64,000 nt of DNA from Candidatus Omnitrophota bacterium (GTDB lineage Bacteria; Omnitrophota; Gorgyraeia; 2-01-FULL-45-10), in NCBI GenBank assembly GCA_003142795.1, contig PLNN01000024.1, forward strand, positions 1,078 through 65,077, written 5' to 3'. The position numbers and the translations under genes were made by a program. This document shows positions 25,965-36,744 of this stretch, one piece after another. Numbering within the stretch: position 1 is the stretch's first letter; each line of letters opens with the position of its first letter. The notes under the pieces are model-generated. The model was not told the origin of the DNA and did no database searches. It saw only the letters and a list, made by a program, of their open reading frames with translations.

Positions 25965-28202
25965 ATGACGAACAGAACTACTCAATGGAAGGTTTTAGGG
26001 ATAATCGCCATTGCTGTCACGTGCGTGTGGTTGATATGGCCGCCGTTCGCTACCAAGGATAATGAAGGCAAGGTCGTCCAAAAAGGAAAGATAAATTTAG
26101 GTCTCGATCTTCAGGGCGGCATGCACATTGTATTGAAAGTCGATACAACCGGACTTTCTTCCGACGTTAAAAAGGACGCCCTGGACAGGGCCACTATTAT
26201 TATACGTAACAGGATAGATAAGCTCGGCGTCGGTGAAATGTCGATACTAAGGCAGGGCAAAGAACACATAATAATCCAGCTCCCCGGAGTTACAGACAGA
26301 GAAAGAGCCCTTTCCATTGTAAGCCAGGCCGCGCACCTCGAATTCAGGCTCGTTTCGGACAATGTCGAAGACCTGAAAAAGGCGATCGACAAACAGCCGG
26401 TCGAAGGGTACGAAATTAAATATATGGAGAACGGCCGCGCAGGCCGCGAACCGCTTCTTGTAGCAAAAGAGTCGCCTCTTGGCGGCGATACGATCGTCAA
26501 GGCGAAGACCGATTTCAGTTCCCGTGGTTTTGGTGAGCCGTATGTTTCGCTTACCTTTAACTCAAAGGGCGCCCAGGTTTTCGCCGATCTTACAGCGGCC
26601 AATATCGGCAAAAGGCTTGCCATAGTTCTCGACGGCAAGGTAGTATCCGCGCCGGTGATACGAAGCGCTATCCCGGGCGGCCAGGCGATGATAGAAGGCA
26701 ATTTTACCGTAGATGAGGCAAATGACTTATCCAATATCCTCGAGTCAGGCTCGCTTCCTGCGCCTGTATCCGTGGAAGAAGAGCGGACCGTCGGGCCGCT
26801 TCTTGGGGCAGATTCGATACGCGACGGTGTCCGTGCCGCGATAATAGGCACGTTACTTGTAATAGGTTTCATGATATTTTATTACAGGCTTGCCGGATTG
26901 GTTGCGAATTTTGCGCTGATCCTGAACGTCCTTATCATATTGGCGTGCCTTTCGTTATTTAAAGGGACACTGACATTGCCCGGCATAGCCGGTTTGATAT
27001 TGACTATAGGTATGTCTGTCGACGCGAACGTGCTTATTTATGAGAGGATACGCGAGGAACTGCATCTCGGGAAAAGCCTGCGCGCCGCGATAGCCTCCGG
27101 GTATCACAGGGCGTTGTCCGCTATTATAGACTCGAACCTTACTACAATAGTGGCAGCAGCTCTTATATTCAAATTCGGCACAGGCCCCATTAGAGGGTTT
27201 GCCGTTACATTAACGATAGGCCTTTTAGCCAACCTCTTTACCGCCGTTACGTGCACAAGGGTGATATTCGAACTGATGTGTGACCAGTTCGATCTCTCGA
27301 AACTTAACTTCATGCACATATTCAGCAAAGAGACGCATATCGATTTTATCGGCAAACGGCACATATGCTATGCAGCCTCGGCCATTTTGATCATAGCCGG
27401 TATAGTCCTCTTCGCGATGCGCGGCGAAAAGAATTTCGCCGTAGATTTTTCGGGTGGAACGTTGCAGCAATATATGTTTGATAAATCGGTCAAGATAGAT
27501 GACGTGCGAAAGGTTTTGAAGGATATAGGTTACGGGAATGCTTCGATCCAGCAATACGGTAATCCTAAAGAGATCATTATAAGGACTCAGGAGAATATCA
27601 GTACCAAGCTCAGTGAAACTTTCAGAAAAGAGATGAAGGATAACGCCTTCCAGATCCTGCGAGTGGAGAGCGTGGGCCCGGCAGTCGGAAAGAACTTACG
27701 GCAGAACGCGTTGCTTTGCCTCTTCCTGGGTTTGGCCGGTATCACTATTTATGTAATGTTCAGGTTCGATATAAAATACGGTATAGCGGGCGTCATAGCT
27801 CTTATACATGACGTGTTTGTAGCGATAGGCGCAATGGCGCTGACGCACAGGCAGTTCGATCTTACTATAGTGGCGGCGCTTTTGACTATTGCCGGCTACT
27901 CCATTAACGATACGGTAGTCATCTATGACAGGATAAGAGAAAACCTGAGGATCGTCAAGAAAGGCAGTTTTAGCGACATTGTGAATTTGAGCGTTAACCA
28001 GATGCTTGGCAGGACTATTCTGACTACAGGCATTACGATGCTTGCCGTAGTAGCCCTGCTTGTCTGGGGCGGGGAAGTGCTGAATGATTTCTCGTTCTGT
28101 ATATTTGTCGGTTTTCTGACAGGAGTCTATTCTACTGTTTACATCGCAAGCCCAATGGTAATATCCTGGCATAGGAAGAGAGTAGTGCTGAAGACCAAAT
28201 AA
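25965..28202 (+). CDS. secDF: fused protein translocase subunit SecDF
   Basis: 745 aa. SecD periplasmic domain followed by two six-helix SecD/SecF transmembrane bundles. Confidence 0.9.
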   Translation: MTNRTTQWKVLGIIAIAVTCVWLIWPPFATKDNEGKVVQKGKINLGLDLQGGMHIVLKVDTTGLSSDVKKDALDRATIIIRNRIDKLGVGEMSILRQGKEHIIIQLPGVTDRERALSIVSQAAHLEFRLVSDNVEDLKKAIDKQPVEGYEIKYMENGRAGREPLLVAKESPLGGDTIVKAKTDFSSRGFGEPYVSLTFNSKGAQVFADLTAANIGKRLAIVLDGKVVSAPVIRSAIPGGQAMIEGNFTVDEANDLSNILESGSLPAPVSVEEERTVGPLLGADSIRDGVRAAIIGTLLVIGFMIFYYRLAGLVANFALILNVLIILACLSLFKGTLTLPGIAGLILTIGMSVDANVLIYERIREELHLGKSLRAAIASGYHRALSAIIDSNLTTIVAAALIFKFGTGPIRGFAVTLTIGLLANLFTAVTCTRVIFELMCDQFDLSKLNFMHIFSKETHIDFIGKRHICYAASAILIIAGIVLFAMRGEKNFAVDFSGGTLQQYMFDKSVKIDDVRKVLKDIGYGNASIQQYGNPKEIIIRTQENISTKLSETFRKEMKDNAFQILRVESVGPAVGKNLRQNALLCLFLGLAGITIYVMFRFDIKYGIAGVIALIHDVFVAIGAMALTHRQFDLTIVAALLTIAGYSINDTVVIYDRIRENLRIVKKGSFSDIVNLSVNQMLGRTILTTGITMLAVVALLVWGGEVLNDFSFCIFVGFLTGVYSTVYIASPMVISWHRKRVVLKTK

Positions 28203-28216
28203 GGATTTAATCGAAT

Positions 28217-29104
28217 ATGCAAGACCCGACAAAGACACATTATAACCGTATACGCTGGGTCCTGATCTTTATCCTGGTGCTGAACTGGGGTGTTTCCGCG
28301 GCAAAGATGATCATTGGCTATCTGACCCGATGCGAAAGTATGATAGCCGACGGATTTCACTCGCTTTCCGACGGCGCTTCCAACATAATAGGCCTGATAG
28401 GTATAGCCCTCTCTTCTAAGCCTGTAGATGCCGACCACCCTTACGGCCACAGGAAATATGAAACGTTCTTTTCGCTGGGCATAGCAGTTCTTCTTTTTAT
28501 CCTTGCTATCAACCTGATAAGGGAAGGGTTCGACCATCTCTTTCATCCGGCCGCTCCGCAAGCCGACATGTGGAGTTTTAGCGTCATGATAATAACCATC
28601 GGCGTTAATATGTGGGTGATGAACTATGAATACAAAAAGGGGAAGTTCTTAAAAAGCGATTTTCTCATAGCGGATTCGATGCATACCAAGGCGGACATAT
28701 TCACTTCGCTGTCGGTTATAATCGCGCTCGTCTCGATAAAACTGGGTTTTCCTATCATCGATCCTATCGTTACAATGGTTATTTCCTTATTTATCGGTTA
28801 CGCCGGCATGGAGATCGTAAAAGACGCATCAAAGGTATTATGCGACACGGTTGCGATCATGGATATCAATAAGATCTCGACTGTGGTATTGACTGTTAAA
28901 GGGGTTAAGACGTGTCATAAGATAAGGACGCGCGGCAGGCCGGATGACATATGCGTCGACCTGCATGTCCAGGTAGATTCCGCAATGCATGTCGACGAAG
29001 CTCATAAGATATCTTTTGCCATTGAAGACGCGCTTAAGAAAAATATCCCGGAAGTGTCCGATGTCCTTGTTCACATAGAACCCAAAAAAGACAGGAAGGA
29101 ATAA
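28217..29104 (+). CDS. cation diffusion facilitator (CDF) family metal efflux transporter
   Basis: The HSLSDGASN motif in helix 2 and an HxxxD helix 5, with a C-terminal cytoplasmic domain. Confidence 0.8.
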   Translation: MQDPTKTHYNRIRWVLIFILVLNWGVSAAKMIIGYLTRCESMIADGFHSLSDGASNIIGLIGIALSSKPVDADHPYGHRKYETFFSLGIAVLLFILAINLIREGFDHLFHPAAPQADMWSFSVMIITIGVNMWVMNYEYKKGKFLKSDFLIADSMHTKADIFTSLSVIIALVSIKLGFPIIDPIVTMVISLFIGYAGMEIVKDASKVLCDTVAIMDINKISTVVLTVKGVKTCHKIRTRGRPDDICVDLHVQVDSAMHVDEAHKISFAIEDALKKNIPEVSDVLVHIEPKKDRKE

Positions 29105-29114
29105 CAGCGAGCCT

Positions 29115-30797
29115 ATGAGAAAAATATGGAAAGTAAAAGATTCGGATCCCGCCACAAGGGACAATCTTGCGTCCTCGCTCAACATATCTAAAGTCACTGC
29201 CCAGCTTTTATTGAACCGCGGCGTCGGAACGTCCGAAGAGGCGGCCGATTTCCTCAAATGTTCTCTTTCGTCCTGCCACGATCCGTTCCTTTTTAAGGAT
29301 ATGGATAAGGCCGTTTCCAGGATCAAGAACGCGATGGCTGACGGTGAGAGGATGCTGGTTTACGGCGATTATGATGTTGACGGCATGACGGGAGTCGCGC
29401 TTCTTTATTCGGCGCTCAATAACGTGGGCGCGCACGTATCGACCTATATCCCGAACCGGCTTGAAGAGGGGTACGGGCTGAATATGAAGGCCATAAAGAA
29501 CGCGCATAAAGACGGCATTAGTTTAATAATCACGGTCGATTGCGGGATAACCTCTTTTCAAGAGGTGGAGTATGCCTGCTCTTTGGGCATAGACGTTATT
29601 GTTACAGACCACCATGAAGTCCTGGAATCGCGGGTCCCTCCGGCGGTTGCAGTAATAAATCCTCTGCAGCCGGATTGTAAGTATCCTTTTAAGCACCTGG
29701 CCGGCGTGGGCCTGGCATACAAGCTTGCCAAGGCTCTTTATGAAGACACGCCGTTCTTTGCCGAAGATTTTCTCGATCTCGTGGGCTTGGGGACAGTAGC
29801 GGATATCGCGCCGATAGTGGGCGAGAACAGGATACTGACAAAACACGGGTTGACAGAGCTTAATACGCGCGGCCGCGTCGGGTTAAAAGCGCTGATGGAT
29901 GTCGCGGGCCTGGAAGGTAAAGATATATCGAGCACCCATATAGGGTTTATGCTAGGTCCAAGGATAAACGCGATGGGCAGGACCGGTTCCCCGCAGAAAG
30001 CGCTAGAACTTTTATTGAGCAAAGATCCCCTGGAGGCTGCAAAACTGGCAAAGATGCTCGATGCCGAGAACAAGAACAGGCAAAAGATAGAAGCGCGCAT
30101 CCTGGAAGAAGCTCTTTCTAAGGTTGAACGCGAGGTCAATTTCAAACACCACAGAGTAATAGTGCTTGCGAGCGAGAACTGGCATCCCGGGGTCATAGGG
30201 ATAGTCGCCTCGAGGATCGCCGACAGGTTCTATCGTCCCGCGATACTCATTTCACTGGACGGTAAATTGGGTAAAGGCTCCGGCCGCAGTATAGAGAATT
30301 TCCATTTATTCGAATATTTATTGAGGTGCAAGGATATTCTTACCGGCTTCGGGGGGCATGAATCCGCCTGCGGTGTGACTATCGAAAAGGACAGGATAGA
30401 TGAATTCAGGGATAAAATAAATGAAGAAGCTGCAAAGGACGCAGTGGAAACCATATTCAATCCGAAGCTCGATATCGATATGGATATCGAGCTTAACATG
30501 CTGAGTCAGGATGTGATCAGGGAGATCGAAAGTCTCGCTCCGTTCGGCGCCGACAATCCCAGGCCGGTACTTTCATCGCGTAACCTGATCATGAAAGACG
30601 GGCCGCGCCAGATAGGGAAGAGCGGATTCAAAATATGGGTTACCGATAATAAAATTACATGCGAGGCCGTGAGTTTCAGTAAGGGCAATCTCGACGTTCC
30701 AAATGCAGGATCGAATCTCAATCTTGCCTATATTCCGTCGATAAATGACTGGCAGGGCGTCCAATCCATACAGCTCGAGCTAAAAGACATACAATAA
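29115..30797 (+). CDS. recJ: single-stranded-DNA-specific exonuclease RecJ
   Basis: DHH-family motifs (VYGDYDVDGMTG, DHH) and a DHHA1 C-terminal domain. 560 aa. Confidence 0.9.
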   Translation: MRKIWKVKDSDPATRDNLASSLNISKVTAQLLLNRGVGTSEEAADFLKCSLSSCHDPFLFKDMDKAVSRIKNAMADGERMLVYGDYDVDGMTGVALLYSALNNVGAHVSTYIPNRLEEGYGLNMKAIKNAHKDGISLIITVDCGITSFQEVEYACSLGIDVIVTDHHEVLESRVPPAVAVINPLQPDCKYPFKHLAGVGLAYKLAKALYEDTPFFAEDFLDLVGLGTVADIAPIVGENRILTKHGLTELNTRGRVGLKALMDVAGLEGKDISSTHIGFMLGPRINAMGRTGSPQKALELLLSKDPLEAAKLAKMLDAENKNRQKIEARILEEALSKVEREVNFKHHRVIVLASENWHPGVIGIVASRIADRFYRPAILISLDGKLGKGSGRSIENFHLFEYLLRCKDILTGFGGHESACGVTIEKDRIDEFRDKINEEAAKDAVETIFNPKLDIDMDIELNMLSQDVIREIESLAPFGADNPRPVLSSRNLIMKDGPRQIGKSGFKIWVTDNKITCEAVSFSKGNLDVPNAGSNLNLAYIPSINDWQGVQSIQLELKDIQ

Positions 30798-30799
30798 TA

Positions 30800-31900
30800 A
30801 TGAAAAGATGCGCGTCTGTCGTACTCACCCTGTTGATATTGATGAGTCTCCAGGGTTATTGTGCCGCGCAGGAAAAAGAAAAGGCAGTCCCGCGCGTCGC
30901 GAGTTTCTGGCAGAAGCTGAAAGATAATGTAGTTCACTGCGAACTTTGCCCGCGCAGCTGCGTCATAAAGCCCGGCCAACGGGGTTTTTGCACGGCGCGC
31001 ATCAATAAAGACGGGATCCTCTATACTTTAGGTTACGCCAACCCCATAGCCGTTAACATCGACCCCATCGAAAAGAAACCCTTTTTCCACGTCCTGCCCG
31101 GAACGAACGCTTTTTCCATCGCTGTGGCCGGCTGCAACATGCGCTGTCTTTTTTGCCAGAACTGGCAGATATCCCAGGCAAAGCCCGATGAGGCCGCCTC
31201 TTACGACCTGCCGCCTCAGGCAGCGGTCGATCAGGCCGCTAAAAATAACTGTCCCTTCATCGTATATACCTACACCGAACCGACCATATTTTACGAATAT
31301 ATGCTTGATATCTCAAAACTGGCCAGGGCAAAAGGCCTCAGGAACGGCATGCATACATGTGGTTATGTAAACCAGGAGCCATTGAAAGAGTTGTTAAAAT
31401 ATATGGATGCCGTCAATGTCGATCTTAAGGGCTTCAATCCGGGATTTTATAAAAAGATGGGGTCGATGGCGGAGATAACCCCGGTCCTCGAAACGATAAA
31501 GACCATAAAGAAGGTTGGGGTATGGCTCGAGCTTACAAACCTGATCATACCCGGCCAGAATGACGATCCGAAAGAGATCCGCAGGATGTGCGAGTGGATA
31601 AAGGAAAATATCGGCGATGAAGTGCCGCTCCACTTCAGCCGATTTATGCCTTCTTTCCAGCTGCAGAACCTTCCGCCCACCCCCGTTGAAAAACTTGAGG
31701 AAGCGTATCGCATAGCTAAAGATGTGGGGCTTAAATACGTATATATAGGGAACGTTCCGGGGCATCCGCAGGAAAATACTTATTGCCCGAACTGTAAAAA
31801 GATCGTAGTCGGGAGGATAGGATATGAGATCCTTGAAAATAATATAAAAGACGGCAAATGTAAATTCTGCGGCAAAAAAATCGCCGGCATATGGAAGTAA
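30800..31900 (+). CDS. AmmeMemoRadiSam-system radical SAM enzyme
   Basis: HCELCPRSC...DPIEKKPFFH...GCNMRCLFCQNWQIS matches the family's CxxxCxxC radical-SAM motif. It has an unusual hydrophobic N-terminal extension. Confidence 0.7.
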   Translation: MKRCASVVLTLLILMSLQGYCAAQEKEKAVPRVASFWQKLKDNVVHCELCPRSCVIKPGQRGFCTARINKDGILYTLGYANPIAVNIDPIEKKPFFHVLPGTNAFSIAVAGCNMRCLFCQNWQISQAKPDEAASYDLPPQAAVDQAAKNNCPFIVYTYTEPTIFYEYMLDISKLARAKGLRNGMHTCGYVNQEPLKELLKYMDAVNVDLKGFNPGFYKKMGSMAEITPVLETIKTIKKVGVWLELTNLIIPGQNDDPKEIRRMCEWIKENIGDEVPLHFSRFMPSFQLQNLPPTPVEKLEEAYRIAKDVGLKYVYIGNVPGHPQENTYCPNCKKIVVGRIGYEILENNIKDGKCKFCGKKIAGIWK

Positions 31901-31906
31901 TCGGTA

Positions 31907-32566
31907 ATGCTTAATGCTCTCATAACTCATCTGCAGCTCTTCGGAATAGGATTCAGTCTCGGGATAGCGGGACCCTGCCTTTTAGTCTGCACGCCGGCGC
32001 TTCTTGCGTATACCTCCGGCACGAAAAGAAGGTGGAGCGGGGTATTGGGTGACGTACTTACCTTTTTATCAGGCAGGCTCGCGGCATATATTTGCCTTGG
32101 TTTTCTAGCCGGTTTATCCGCGCTCGTGCTCAGGCGATTCATTAATTCAGGGTTGATATCATTTTTCAAACCGGCAGCCGGCATATTTACCATTATTTTA
32201 GGCGTCCTGGTTTTTGTTTATAAAGATACTGACACCTGCGAATGCCGCTCAAACGGGAAAAGAATATACAATTTCGGCGGCCTATTCGTTTTTGGATTTC
32301 TTATCGGAATAACGCCGTGCGCTCCTCTTACGGCGCTTCTTTTCGAGATAGTCCTGATCTCGAAAAATGGCCTGGAAGGAGCGTCTTACGCCTTATCATT
32401 CGGACTGGGCACGGCCCTTTCAGGGCTTATTGTTTTGGGCCTTTTGGGAGGCGCATTGGCCCGGCTTCCTGTCAACGTATTGAAATCAAATACTGCCAGG
32501 ATTGTCTTTAAATGGATATGTTCTATATTCCTTATCTCAATGGGCCTGGTCCTGATAATATTATGA
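31907..32566 (+). CDS. polytopic membrane protein with Cys-containing helices (DsbD/CcdA-like transmembrane-domain family, tentative)
   Basis: About 6 transmembrane helices. Cys residues in helix 1 (GPCLLVCTP) and helix 4 (ITPCAP) recall thiol-disulfide transporters. Confidence 0.35.
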   Translation: MLNALITHLQLFGIGFSLGIAGPCLLVCTPALLAYTSGTKRRWSGVLGDVLTFLSGRLAAYICLGFLAGLSALVLRRFINSGLISFFKPAAGIFTIILGVLVFVYKDTDTCECRSNGKRIYNFGGLFVFGFLIGITPCAPLTALLFEIVLISKNGLEGASYALSFGLGTALSGLIVLGLLGGALARLPVNVLKSNTARIVFKWICSIFLISMGLVLIIL

Positions 32567-34839
32567 AAAAGACAATACCATTTTCCATATTCCTGATCGG
32601 CTTTACGGCTATGGCCATCCAGATCATTTTCATGCGGGAATTTTTGACGGTCTTTTACGGTAATGAGCTATCGGTTAGTTTCATCCTGGCGAACTGGCTT
32701 CTCGGCGGCGCTATCGGCAGCTTTATTTTAGGGAGGTCGAGCGACAGGATACGCGATAAAATAGCGGTTTTTTCACTATGCCAGATGACCCTGGCATGCC
32801 TTTTGCCCGCAGGCGTCATCGCAATAAGGCTTATAAAAAATACCCTCAACATCAGTCCGGGCGAGATAATACCTTTTTTCCCGATGTTGGCATCAAGTTT
32901 CATTATACTGGCGCCCATTTGCATGATATTGGGTTTTATGTTTTCCCTCGCATGCCGTATGTATGAATCCAGATCCCGCCTGGGCGCAATAACTATAGGT
33001 AAGGTCTATATCCTCGAATCTGTCGGGGCTATTGCCGGAGGGGCCCTTACGAGTTTCATTTTAATAAGATCATTCGGCTCCATCCATATCAGCGCAGCAC
33101 TTTGCCTGTTGAATGTCATCTTTTCCATGCTGATCTTGTCTAAAGATAATGCCGCTCATCAGAGACTGCTGAATGTCATAACATTTATTTTGGCGATCAT
33201 TGCGGCCATGTGGGTATTCAACGGCTGGGGCAGTATTGAGAAGCATTCGCTTGAAAAAGAATGGAAAGGATATCAGTTACTCGCTTCGAATAATTCTATA
33301 TACGGGAATATAGCCGTAACCAAGAGAGGCACCCAGGTGTCTTTTTTCGATAACGGCCTTCATCTTTACACGGTTCCCGATGAGCTTGTTTCAGAGGAGA
33401 GCGTCCATTTCGCGCTGCTTGAACATCCGCATCCGCGAAAAGTGCTTTTAGTGGGCGGCGGCGCCGGCGGATTGGTCGAAGAGATCGTTAAACATCCTGT
33501 CGAAAAAGTCGATTATGTGGAGCTTGACCCCCTCATCATAAAGATGGCCAGGCAATATCTCCCGTGGGCCCGCTTCATGCCACTGGAGGATAAGAGGGTG
33601 TCGATAATTAACGGGGACGGCCGCTATTTCATAAAGAGCACTGACCAAAAATACGACTGCGTCATAATCGCTTTGGGGGATCCCTGCACGGCGCAATTGA
33701 ACAGGTTCTACACCGTGGAATTCTTTAAAGATGTTTCGCGCGTCCTTAATAAGAACGGCATAATATCGTTCGGTGTGACGTCTTCGGAAAATTATATAGG
33801 CCGGGAACTGAATGATTTTCTGAGTTCGCTCTATGCTACACTAAGGAAAAGTTACGCCGATATTTTGATCATCCCGGGCGATACGGCATATTTTTTGGGG
33901 TCGGGCACCAGAGGAGCGCTGACCTATGATTATAAAGTGCTCATGGAACGGGCGCGGAAAAGGGGGCTTAAGCTCCAATATGTGCGCGAATATTATCTAT
34001 TCTCTAAGCTATCCCCGCAAAAGACATCATACATCGAAAAAACGATAATAAAAAGTGCCGGCATTAAGGCGAATTATGATTTCAGGCCGATCTCATATTA
34101 TTATGATATTATTTTCTGGTCGAGCCGTTTCAGGGGGTCGTTGTTCAGCACGATATTGAAGGCTGCTACCGAAGCCCGGATATGGCTGGCGCTTATATTG
34201 GTTTGTATCTTTATATTTTTGTACGCACTCTTACGATCACGAAGGAGAGGCTTCGTGAGACGAATAGCTTTGATCGCGATCATGTCAGCCGGCTTCAGCT
34301 CCATTGCGTTCCAGGTACTGATACTGGTTTCATTCCAGATCCTCTACGGTTACCTGTTTTATAAACTGGGGATCATACTGACTTCCTTTATGGCGGGGCT
34401 TGCGCTCGGTGGTTTTGCAGTAATAAAAATAATGCCAGGATTAAAAAAAGACAAACTGGCGTTTGCCGTTACCCAATGCGCAGTGTGTCTCTATCCGCTT
34501 ATCCTGCCCGTCATCTTATGGATGCTGGCGGGCTCAGGATCTAAGGCGATATTATGGCTTGGCTCGAATGTGGTTTTTATTCTTTTGCCGGCAATATCGG
34601 GTTTTATAGGAGGCTTCCAATTCCCGCTTGCGAATAAGATATACCTCGGGAAGAGGGAAGAGGTAGGCAGGATAGCCGGTTTAAGTTACGGGGTGGATCT
34701 TTTTGGCTCGTGTCTCGGAGCGCTTCTGACAGGAGCTGTCTTCGTCCCGGTCCTCGGGATACCTAAAACATGCCTGGCGATATCGCTTGTAAGCTTCGCG
34801 ATCCTCTTTGCTATGGCCTTTCAAAAAAAATCCGTTTAG
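32563..34839 (+). CDS. membrane-embedded spermidine synthase-like protein (polyamine aminopropyltransferase fold between multi-helix membrane domains)
   Basis: VLLVGGGAGG...VDYVELDP...INGDGRYFI...CVIIALGDP is the spermidine-synthase Rossmann signature. More than 12 hydrophobic helices. Confidence 0.7.
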   Translation: MKKTIPFSIFLIGFTAMAIQIIFMREFLTVFYGNELSVSFILANWLLGGAIGSFILGRSSDRIRDKIAVFSLCQMTLACLLPAGVIAIRLIKNTLNISPGEIIPFFPMLASSFIILAPICMILGFMFSLACRMYESRSRLGAITIGKVYILESVGAIAGGALTSFILIRSFGSIHISAALCLLNVIFSMLILSKDNAAHQRLLNVITFILAIIAAMWVFNGWGSIEKHSLEKEWKGYQLLASNNSIYGNIAVTKRGTQVSFFDNGLHLYTVPDELVSEESVHFALLEHPHPRKVLLVGGGAGGLVEEIVKHPVEKVDYVELDPLIIKMARQYLPWARFMPLEDKRVSIINGDGRYFIKSTDQKYDCVIIALGDPCTAQLNRFYTVEFFKDVSRVLNKNGIISFGVTSSENYIGRELNDFLSSLYATLRKSYADILIIPGDTAYFLGSGTRGALTYDYKVLMERARKRGLKLQYVREYYLFSKLSPQKTSYIEKTIIKSAGIKANYDFRPISYYYDIIFWSSRFRGSLFSTILKAATEARIWLALILVCIFIFLYALLRSRRRGFVRRIALIAIMSAGFSSIAFQVLILVSFQILYGYLFYKLGIILTSFMAGLALGGFAVIKIMPGLKKDKLAFAVTQCAVCLYPLILPVILWMLAGSGSKAILWLGSNVVFILLPAISGFIGGFQFPLANKIYLGKREEVGRIAGLSYGVDLFGSCLGALLTGAVFVPVLGIPKTCLAISLVSFAILFAMAFQKKSV

Positions 34840-34916
34840 ACTTGACAGGGATTCATTCTTGTGGTATATTTAACAGTGTTGATAGTTAACATAGTTAAAT
34901 ATCAAGGAGGTTTAAT

Positions 34917-35372
34917 ATGAGTAACCTGTCTTTAGCGGCGTTTGCAGATAAGGTGGGAGAGCTCATGCCGGTGATCGCTCGGGAATTCATAAGGCACCAG
35001 TCCAAAGATTTTTATAAGACCAAGATAACACCGCCGCAGTTTATCGTCCTTGATATCCTGGGTAAGCATGAAGAGTGCAAGATGAGCGAGCTGGCGCGTT
35101 TTATCAATGTGACGACTGCCGCCATGACAGGAATAGTTGACCGGCTGGTACGGGATGGATATATCGCAAGGATCAATGACCCCAAAGACAGGCGGATCGT
35201 TAAGGTGAAATTGACCCCCAAAGGCCGTAATGCCGTGGATAAAATGAGCGAGCAGAGAAAGAAGATAGCGATGAAACTGTTCGAGCGGATATCGGAAAAA
35301 GAGCGCGAAGATTATCTCGGCATACTTACTCATATAAGCGAGCAAATTGTGGAGCCGCAAAAAGGGCGTTAA
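34917..35372 (+). CDS. MarR family transcriptional regulator
   Basis: Winged helix-turn-helix ITPPQFIVLDILG...MSELARFINVTTAAMTGIVDRLVRDGYIAR...DRR. Confidence 0.85.
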   Translation: MSNLSLAAFADKVGELMPVIAREFIRHQSKDFYKTKITPPQFIVLDILGKHEECKMSELARFINVTTAAMTGIVDRLVRDGYIARINDPKDRRIVKVKLTPKGRNAVDKMSEQRKKIAMKLFERISEKEREDYLGILTHISEQIVEPQKGR

Positions 35373-35373
35373 G

Positions 35374-36744
35374 ATGAAACGGATAATCGTTATAATAGTC
35401 ATATTTACCTTTATCGCGGGGTGGCCGTATTACGCGGCGCCGGCAGATAATCCTGTGGCTCCTTTGTCTAAAGTTATACAGAATCGGTCCGGCTCGCCTG
35501 ATATCGATGTGCCGGAAACTGCGCCTTTAACGCTTTCCGACTGTTATGCTCTCGCGCTCAAACAAAGCGAGATCATTGCCATCGACGAGCAATTTATAAA
35601 GATTACGGAAGCGCATTTCCTGCAAGCCCTGTCTATCATGATGCCGAACGTCTCTTTTATTTCAAATGACATACAGCAGGCAAAAGCTAACGGCGGAGCA
35701 ACGGCTATAGCAGGTTCCGCCATATCGTCGACGAAAGATTCGCAAAGGCAGTTCAACGTTACGCAGACGCTTTTTAACGGGTTTAAGGCATTCGCGGCCC
35801 TAAAAGGAAGCAGGTTCGAACGCTATCAGCGTATAAATGAAAAGATACGCGCTGAGCAGCTGCTCCTGGTCGACGTTGCCAATGCATTTTATCTCCTGAA
35901 AGAGAAGAGGGAGGACCTGAAGGCACTTCAGAATATCAGGGTGGCCCTGAAAAACCGCATTAAAGAATTGCAGGGAAGAACAAATCTCGGAAGGTCGAGG
36001 CCGGCTGAAATAGTGAATGTGAAGGCACAGCTATACGGCGTTGAAGCAAATATCGAGCTTGTGAAGAGCCAGGAAGTATTGGCACGGGAACTTCTGGAAT
36101 TTTTGGTGGGAGGGTCTATCTATAGTACTGCCGACACTTACGACATCCCCGTGACTTTGCAGCCGGAGAGTTATTATGTGGCAAAATCGGACGCCCGGCC
36201 GGACGTGAAAGCAACTAAATTCGCGTGGGAACTGGCTAAAAAAGAGATCCAGATCGTAAACAGTGATTTTCTCCCTAATGCGTCCCTTGCGGCAAATTAT
36301 TATACCCAACGCACCGGCTTTGATAAAGGTATTAACTGGGACGCGACACTAACGATAACGGTCCCTATTTTTGACGGGGGCCTCACTATAGGCAGGTCTA
36401 ACGAAGCCATAGCTGTTGCGCGCCAGCAGGAACTTACTTATAGAAGGACAAGGCGCCTGGCGCCCTACGACATACGCGATTCATACATAAGCCTGAAAAC
36501 CGCCATTTCGGTATATAATGCGCTCAAAAAAGAATACTCAACCGCAAAACTTAACTATCATTTGCAGAAAAAAGATTACAAATTTAGCCTTGTCAACAAC
36601 CTGGATGTCCTTACCGCTATACAGACGTTGGAGAATGCCCAGAGAGATTCTATACATGCCTTGTATGAAGCAAAACGCCAGTATTGGCAGCTGCGCGTGT
36701 CTATCGGCGAGAGCATAACGGAGACCTTAAATGACATTATCTGA
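35374..36744 (+). CDS. TolC-family outer membrane efflux protein
   Basis: Signal peptide, two TolC repeats and long coiled-coil helices. The ATG at about 35374 follows GGAG. Confidence 0.75.
   Translation: MKRIIVIIVIFTFIAGWPYYAAPADNPVAPLSKVIQNRSGSPDIDVPETAPLTLSDCYALALKQSEIIAIDEQFIKITEAHFLQALSIMMPNVSFISNDIQQAKANGGATAIAGSAISSTKDSQRQFNVTQTLFNGFKAFAALKGSRFERYQRINEKIRAEQLLLVDVANAFYLLKEKREDLKALQNIRVALKNRIKELQGRTNLGRSRPAEIVNVKAQLYGVEANIELVKSQEVLARELLEFLVGGSIYSTADTYDIPVTLQPESYYVAKSDARPDVKATKFAWELAKKEIQIVNSDFLPNASLAANYYTQRTGFDKGINWDATLTITVPIFDGGLTIGRSNEAIAVARQQELTYRRTRRLAPYDIRDSYISLKTAISVYNALKKEYSTAKLNYHLQKKDYKFSLVNNLDVLTAIQTLENAQRDSIHALYEAKRQYWQLRVSIGESITETLNDII

Noticed and set aside
26111-26872. 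253-aa minus-strand ORF
   Set aside because: Antisense to secDF. Ser/Pro-rich composition typical of a shadow ORF.
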